From IMG/VR virus record IMGVR_UViG_2698536414_000003: 12,007 bases of DNA; one strand, given 5' to 3'. Made by a program: the position numbers and the translations under genes. This stretch comes from a virus (lineage: Duplodnaviria > Heunggongvirae > Uroviricota > Caudoviricetes). The notes beneath the pieces were generated by a model. It was not told the DNA's origin and did not search any database. It saw only the letters and a list, made by a program, of their open reading frames with translations. Of this stretch, positions 7,816 through 12,007 are shown piece after piece; the stretch's first letter is position 1; every line of letters starts with the position of its first letter.

Positions 7816-8002
7816 CTTGATTGATTTTCCATAATCAACCCGCCATAATCATGTCATCGGAGCCTGAACAACTCCGGTGACTTCTGCGCTAAACGGGGAC
7901 GTTTATGCGCACATACAATCCAACCTCTCTTCTCCATTCACAGATGCAGAAATGCACCTGCGATATTTTGCATCCAGCGTTTGATCTCTGCGGAGGTGAA
8001 GC

Positions 8003-8458
8003 GTGAACCTCCCACAAGATGGTATCAAATTGCATCGCGGTAACTTCACCGCTATCGGTCGGCAGATCCAGCCTTATCTGGAGGACGGCAAATGCTTTCG
8101 CATGGTGCTTAAACCGTGGCGCGAGAGACGCAGTCTTTCCCAGAATGCACTCAGCCACATGTGGTACAGCGAAATCAGTGAATACCTCATCAGCAAGGGT
8201 AAAACGTTCGCTACTCCAGCTTGGGTAAAAGATGCTCTCAAACACACATATCTCGGTTATGAAACCAAAGACCTGGTTGATGTCGTAACCGGTGATATCA
8301 CCACTATCCAGTCGTTACGCCATACCTCCGATCTTGATACCGGAGAGATGTATGTCTTCCTGTGTAAGGTTGACGCCTGGGCGATGAATATTGGTTGCCA
8401 CCTGACTATTCCACAGAGCTGCGAGTTTCAGCTGCTGCGCGACAAGCAGGAGGCGTAA
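8003..8458 (+). CDS. ybcN: YbcN-like protein
   Basis: 151 aa, at the head of the ybcN-ninE-ybcO-rusA-ylcG order I recall from the DLP12 prophage. Confidence 0.7.
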   Translation: MNLPQDGIKLHRGNFTAIGRQIQPYLEDGKCFRMVLKPWRERRSLSQNALSHMWYSEISEYLISKGKTFATPAWVKDALKHTYLGYETKDLVDVVTGDITTIQSLRHTSDLDTGEMYVFLCKVDAWAMNIGCHLTIPQSCEFQLLRDKQEA

Positions 8459-8628
8459 TGGCTACACCGCTTATTCGTGTCATGAACGGACACATCTACA
8501 GAGTACCAAATCGTCGTAAGCGTAAACCTGAGCTGAAGCCATCCGAAATACCAACACTGCTCGGATATACCGCCAGCTTGGTTGATAAAAAATGGTTGCG
8601 ACTGGCAGCAAGGAGGAGTCATGGCTGA
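8458..8628 (+). CDS. ninE: NinE
   Basis: 56 aa [56 protein letters not shown]; TAATG overlap with ybcN. Confidence 0.75.
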   Translation: MATPLIRVMNGHIYRVPNRRKRKPELKPSEIPTLLGYTASLVDKKWLRLAARRSHG

Positions 8629-8911
8629 TTTGAGAAAAGAAGCGCGTGGTCGGGAATGCCAGGTAAGAATCTCTGGCGTATGTAATGGCAACCCTGAAAC
8701 GTCTGTACTGGCACATATCCGGCTGACTGGATTGTGCGGCACCGGTACGAAACCGCCAGACCTGATTGCCACCATTGCATGTTCTGCCTGCCACGACGAA
8801 ATCGACCGTCGCACGCATTTTGTTGACGCTGGATATGCAAAAGAATGCGCGCTGGAAGGTATGGCGAGAACGCAGGTTATCTGGCTGAAAGAGGGGGTAA
8901 TTAAGGCGTGA
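8621..8911 (+). CDS. ybcO: YbcO-like protein (putative nuclease)
   Basis: 96 aa from the ATG at 8621 with AGGAGG Shine-Dalgarno; Cys/His-rich. Confidence 0.7.
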   Translation: MADLRKEARGRECQVRISGVCNGNPETSVLAHIRLTGLCGTGTKPPDLIATIACSACHDEIDRRTHFVDAGYAKECALEGMARTQVIWLKEGVIKA

Positions 8912-9270
8912 ATACTTACCACATCACACTACCCTGGCCGCCGAGCAATAACCGCTACTACCGCCATAATCGAGGGCGCACGCACATCAGCGCAGAAGGG
9001 CAGGCATACCGCGATAACGTCGCCCGAATCATTAAAGGCTCAATGCTGGATATCGGTCTGGCTATGCCTGTGAAAATCCGCATTGAGTGCCACATGCCGG
9101 ATCGCCGTCGCCGTGACCTGGATAATCTGCAAAAAGCCGCTTTTGACGCACTCACTAAAGCAGGTTTCTGGCTGGATGATGCTCAGGTCGTTGATTACCG
9201 CGTTGTGAAGATGCCTGTTACCAAAGGTGGGAGGCTGGAACTGACCATCACTGAACTGGGAGATGAATGA
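8908..9270 (+). CDS. rusA: RusA Holliday junction resolvase
   Basis: 120 aa [26 protein letters not shown]...[32 protein letters not shown], close to E. coli RusA. GTG start overlapping the ybcO stop. Confidence 0.9.
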   Translation: MNTYHITLPWPPSNNRYYRHNRGRTHISAEGQAYRDNVARIIKGSMLDIGLAMPVKIRIECHMPDRRRRDLDNLQKAAFDALTKAGFWLDDAQVVDYRVVKMPVTKGGRLELTITELGDE

Positions 9271-9407
9271 TGTTTGAGTCTTATATGGCAGAACGTCTTC
9301 GCCGCCGCTGGGTGCGCCTGCGCTTATATCGTTTCCCCGGTTCTGTTTTGACCGATTACCGAATACTGAAGAGTTACGCCAAAACCCTGACAGGAGCAGG
9401 AGTATGA
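9267..9407 (+). CDS. ylcG: YlcG-like small protein (46 aa)
   Basis: Not in the ORF track. Hand-translated: [49 protein letters not shown] overlapping the rusA stop. Confidence 0.65.
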   Translation: MMFESYMAERLRRRWVRLRLYRFPGSVLTDYRILKSYAKTLTGAGV

Positions 9408-9492
9408 AGTCAGAGATAACAATCAACTAATACTGTTTTGTTGATTTTTGCTTGTAATTGGCGTTTTGGTCTGATTTTTGTGGAGTAAGTTG

Positions 9493-9927
9493 ATGCGTGA
9501 TATTCAGATGGTTCTTGAGCGTTGGGGGGCGTGGGCGGCTAATAATCATGAAGATGTGACCTGGTCGTCCATTGCCGCCGGATTTAAGGGACTGATCCCC
9601 GAAAAAGTAAAATCACGTCCACAGTGCTGTGACGATGATGCGATGGTGATATGCGGGTGCATAGCCCGCCTTTACCGGAACAATCGCGATCTGCATGACT
9701 TGCTGGTTGATTATTACGTGTTGGGGGAGACGTTCATGGCGTTGGCACGGAAACATGGGTGCTCTGACACCTGTATAGGTAAACGCCTTCACAAAGCGGA
9801 GGGGATTGTTGAAGGCATGCTGATGATGCTGGGAGTGAGGCTTGAGATGGATCGGTATGTTGAGCGTGAATTGCCGGGAGGGAGAACCTCTGTATTTTAT
9901 CAGCGAAAAAATAGTTTACGATCGTAA
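9493..9927 (+). CDS. Q: Late-gene antiterminator Q (phage 82 / 933W-type)
   Basis: GGAG Shine-Dalgarno then ATG at 9493 ([19 protein letters not shown]), Cys-rich zinc-binding-like segment, followed by terminators and the tRNA cluster. Confidence 0.8.
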   Translation: MRDIQMVLERWGAWAANNHEDVTWSSIAAGFKGLIPEKVKSRPQCCDDDAMVICGCIARLYRNNRDLHDLLVDYYVLGETFMALARKHGCSDTCIGKRLHKAEGIVEGMLMMLGVRLEMDRYVERELPGGRTSVFYQRKNSLRS

Positions 9928-9972
9928 AAATCTGCATATCATGATAAGAGTGGTTACATTGCCACGCAGTCG

Positions 9973-9997
9973 AACCCGCCGATGCGCGGGTTTTTTT
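9973..9997 (+). terminator. Intrinsic terminator downstream of Q
   Basis: Stem CCCGC / GCGGG with a 6-nt loop, followed by seven T. Confidence 0.55.
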
Positions 9998-10177
9998 GTA
10001 CCCCGAATCCTGTGAGCTATACGGAAAGTACACAGAAAGGAAGGTGCGACCGTAATTAATAACAAAATCTTAAAAATCGCATATAGCACTATTAGTTTTC
10101 TAAATATTGTATATTTTAAGTATTGCAGGATAACCCTGTAACGAAGTTTGCGTAACAGCATTTTGCTCTACGAGTTT

Positions 10178-10206
10178 GCCAGCCTCCCCCAGTGGCTGGC
10201 TTTTTT
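10178..10206 (+). terminator. Strong intrinsic terminator (tR'-like)
   Basis: 7-bp stem GCCAGCC / GGCTGGC with a 9-nt loop, followed by six T; preceded by an AT-rich promoter-like region at 10040-10140. Confidence 0.6.
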
Positions 10207-10223
10207 ATGTCCGTAGCGTCAAA

Positions 10224-10328
10224 GCAGCAATGGCGCTGGGGCGTCGTGCAATTGGCGTTGAGCTGGAGAGCGGGCGTTTTGAGCAGACGGTCAGGGAAGT
10301 TCAGAATGTAGTCAGTCAGAACGGATGA
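10224..10328 (+). pseudogene. Possible 3' remnant of a DNA methyltransferase gene
   Basis: The frame ending at the TGA at 10326-10328 encodes SVKAAMALGRRAIGVELESGRFEQTVREVQNVVSQNG, resembling the C-terminal motif of amino-methyltransferases. No start codon or upstream catalytic motif; the frame runs through the terminator hairpin. Confidence 0.3.
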
Positions 10329-10368
10329 TATTGCAGAATTAGTTACGTACCGTTATTATCCTGCGCCC

Positions 10369-10444
10369 GGCCCTTTAGCTCAGTGGTGAGAGCGAGCGAC
10401 TCATAATCGCCAGGTCGCTGGTTCAAATCCAGCAAGGGCCACCA
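10369..10444 (+). tRNA. ileZ: tRNA-Ile (anticodon CAT, ileX-like)
   Basis: Cloverleaf folded by hand: 7-bp acceptor GGCCCTT / AAGGGCC, D-stem GCTC/GAGC, anticodon loop CTCATAA (CAT at 10402-10404), T-loop TTCAAAT, CCA encoded. Near-identical to E. coli ileX as I recall it; the CAT anticodon alone cannot exclude Met. Confidence 0.85.
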
Positions 10445-10451
10445 TCACATA

Positions 10452-10528
10452 CCGCCATTAGCTCATCGGGATAGAGCGTCAGCCTTCGAAGCTGGCTGTG
10501 CGGGGTTCAAGTCCCCGATGGCGGTCCA
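10452..10528 (+). tRNA. argN: tRNA-Arg (anticodon TCG)
   Basis: Acceptor CCGCCAT / ATGGCGG, anticodon loop CTTCGAA (TCG at 10486-10488), T-arm CGGGG TTCAAGT CCCCG, CCA encoded. Confidence 0.8.
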
Positions 10529-10541
10529 TTATCAGCATCAT

Positions 10542-10618
10542 GCGTTGTTAGCTCAGTCGGACAGAGCAATTGCCTTCTAAGCAATCGGTCACTGGTTCGA
10601 ATCCAGTACAACGCGCCA
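10542..10618 (+). tRNA. argO: tRNA-Arg (anticodon TCT)
   Basis: Acceptor GCGTTGT / ACAACGC, anticodon loop CTTCTAA (TCT at 10576-10578), T-loop TTCGAAT, CCA encoded. Confidence 0.85.
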
Positions 10619-10631
10619 TATTTATTTACTT

Positions 10632-10655
10632 GGCTCGCTTCGGCGGGCCTTTTTT
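10632..10655 (+). terminator. Intrinsic terminator after the tRNA cluster
   Basis: Stem GGCTCGC / GCGGGCC (one G-U pair) with a TTCG tetraloop, followed by six T. Confidence 0.6.
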
Positions 10656-10702
10656 GTATCTGCGCCACGCCCGGCGCATATCAACCACAGAGCCTTTCGG
10701 GG

Positions 10703-11218
10703 GTGAGCTTACGGAGTGGTCAGTGTGACTTTCTCTGTGGGCAGATCGCTCCCGGGCGTTGGCTCACCCACCCAAAGGAACGTCACGATGTTTGTATTTT
10801 TGGTAAAAAAGCCCGCCGAGCGGCAGTGGAAATTAAAAAGTTTGAGAAACGTGATCTGGCACAGGCGGTTATTAATGCTGCCTATCTGGTGGCCTATGCA
10901 GATGGTGAATGTGAGGCTTCAGAGAAAGTGAAGATCGAGCAGGTCTTGCGTAACCAGCCTGCGTTGTCCGCGTTTACGTCAGAAATTAATGCGATTAGCG
11001 CAACCATTATCGGTCAGCTGGATACGAACTTTAAAACTGGTCGTCGAGCGGCATTGCGTGAAATTGAAGATGTGAAACACGATACGCGTGAAGCGGAAGA
11101 TGTGCTGGATGTGGCGGTGGCCATTGCGGAGGCAGACGGCGAAATTGAGCCGGAAGAGCGCAAGGTGCTGGAAGAGATTGCCGGTGTTCTGGGTCTTCGT
11201 CTGGAGAATCACCTGTGA
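10703..11218 (+). CDS. TerB-like domain protein; start uncertain (possible -1 frameshift from the ATG at 10788, or a GTG start near 10826)
   Basis: Two ADG-containing motifs typical of TerB-like domains (LVAYADGECEASEKVKIEQVL and VAIAEADGEIEPEERKVLEEIAGVLGL). The frame has no internal ATG; the only ATG with a good Shine-Dalgarno (AAGGAA, ATG 10788) is in another frame. Confidence 0.55.
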   Translation: MSLRSGQCDFLCGQIAPGRWLTHPKERHDVCIFGKKARRAAVEIKKFEKRDLAQAVINAAYLVAYADGECEASEKVKIEQVLRNQPALSAFTSEINAISATIIGQLDTNFKTGRRAALREIEDVKHDTREAEDVLDVAVAIAEADGEIEPEERKVLEEIAGVLGLRLENHL

Positions 11219-11382
11219 CGGTAAAACTGCGCCTGGCTGTGGCTGCACTCCTGCTGTTTCTGGTGGTGATGGTGGATTTCACCAGCAGAATCATGTCGGT
11301 GCTGGCGGATGGGGTGCTGGTCTGCGGCATTGTGGTATTGCTGTGGCCGGTGATAAAAAGAAACAGCCTGCATAATGCTTGA
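11215..11382 (+). CDS. 55-aa small membrane protein with two predicted transmembrane helices
   Basis: Not in the ORF track. Hand-translated: VTVKLRLAVAALLLFLVVMVDFTSRIMSVLADGVLVCGIVVLLWPVIKRNSLHNA. GTG start overlaps the TerB-like stop (GTGA), with GGAGA Shine-Dalgarno 7 nt upstream. Confidence 0.45.
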   Translation: MTVKLRLAVAALLLFLVVMVDFTSRIMSVLADGVLVCGIVVLLWPVIKRNSLHNA

Positions 11383-11583
11383 TTTTTTTATTTGCTGTTT
11401 ATTAAAAACACTTCTGCATGGTGAATCCCCCTGTGCGGAGGGGCGATCAGCAACCAGGTATATGGGATAATCGCGGATTCAGGTGCTGATACTGAATTCA
11501 CCGGGAGGCACCCGGCACCATGCTTTGCCACAAAAGTGTTGTTTCTGTTTTTCTCAAACTATCATCGTTATCCCTTTATTTCC

Positions 11584-11610
11584 GGCTGCGCATGGCGTGG
11601 CCTTTTTTTT
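11584..11610 (+). terminator. Candidate intrinsic terminator before the nanS-p-like gene
   Basis: Imperfect hairpin GCTGCGC ATG GCGTGGC followed by eight T. Confidence 0.4.
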
Positions 11611-11696
11611 ACGACCAGCCACTGGCAGATGGCCATCCTGTAATTTGATTCCGGTTCCGGCTTTTTAACTCTGTTCCTGTACACGGGAGAAATTCG

Positions 11697-12007
11697 ATGT
11701 CGATTAAACATTATGATGTTGTCAGGGCGGCGTCGCCGTCAGACCTTGCGGAAAAGCTGACACACAAACTGAAAGAGGGCTGGCAGCCGTTTGGTAGTCC
11801 GGTGGCCATAACCCCTTATACCCTGATGCAGGCGATTGCAGCAGAAGGTGATGTGGTGGTCAGTGGTGCAACTGAGCCGGATTGGTACTACGTCATCGTA
11901 CTGGCCGGGCAGTCCAATGCTATGGCTTACGGTGAAGGGCTTCCGCTGCCGGATTCATACGATGCTCCGGATCCGCGCATTAAACAGCTGGCGCGCCGCA
12001 GTACAGT
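11697..12007 (+). CDS. 3'-truncated start of a NanS-p-like esterase (SGNH-type hydrolase)
   Basis: GGGAGA Shine-Dalgarno then ATG at 11697; MSIKHYDVVRAASPSDLAEKL... and a GQSNA motif. Resembles, from memory, the esterase gene downstream of stx in Stx phages. Runs off the window. Confidence 0.6.
   Translation, partial: MSIKHYDVVRAASPSDLAEKLTHKLKEGWQPFGSPVAITPYTLMQAIAAEGDVVVSGATEPDWYYVIVLAGQSNAMAYGEGLPLPDSYDAPDPRIKQLARRST

Noticed and set aside
8428-8922. Minus-strand 164-aa and 112-aa ORFs antisense to ninE/ybcO
   Set aside because: Fully overlapped by conserved, translationally coupled plus-strand genes; shadow ORFs.
9478-9492. TTG start for Q at 9478
   Set aside because: The ATG at 9493 has a properly spaced GGAG Shine-Dalgarno; the TTG extension has none.
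10369-10618. tRNA cluster as the prophage integration site
   Set aside because: The tRNAs are flanked by phage genes on both sides (Q and the nanS-p-like gene), so they are internal cargo rather than an attachment site. No integrase or att repeat is in the window.
11088-11375. 95-aa plus-strand ORF (MKRKMCWMWRW...)
   Set aside because: Trp/Arg-rich low-complexity translation overlapping the end of the TerB-like gene; the alternative frame gives a coupled, Shine-Dalgarno-preceded two-helix membrane peptide.
10620-11700. Shiga toxin genes downstream of Q and the tRNAs
   Set aside because: Looked for stxA/stxB-like ORFs at the expected position; the interval holds the TerB-like and small membrane ORFs instead.

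Overview
This window reads as the central part of an enterobacterial lambdoid prophage, oriented left to right: the end of the early-left operon, the immunity region, the replication module, a nin-like region, the Q antiterminator, a three-tRNA cluster and the start of a nanS-p-like esterase gene. All calls come from reading the sequence and from recalled protein families; no database search was run. The immunity region is a divergent repressor/Cro pair with GTTGTT/AACAAC-type operators. Replication genes are O (with ori iterons inside it), a P that is near-identical to lambda P, and ren. The nin-like region carries ybcN, ninE, ybcO, rusA and ylcG. No stx, lysis or structural genes are present. 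The best candidate for an undescribed system is a low-GC, 287-aa single-pass membrane protein at 805-1668, sitting exactly where lambda carries rexAB: just downstream of the repressor, before OL/PL, with its own terminator. Two further cargo candidates are a low-GC two-gene module with a membrane protein (7062-7815) and a TerB-like gene plus a small two-helix membrane protein (10703-11382) at the position stx occupies in Stx phages. The TerB-like gene has a well-placed ATG one frame off from its domain, joined at an A_AAA_AAG heptamer.
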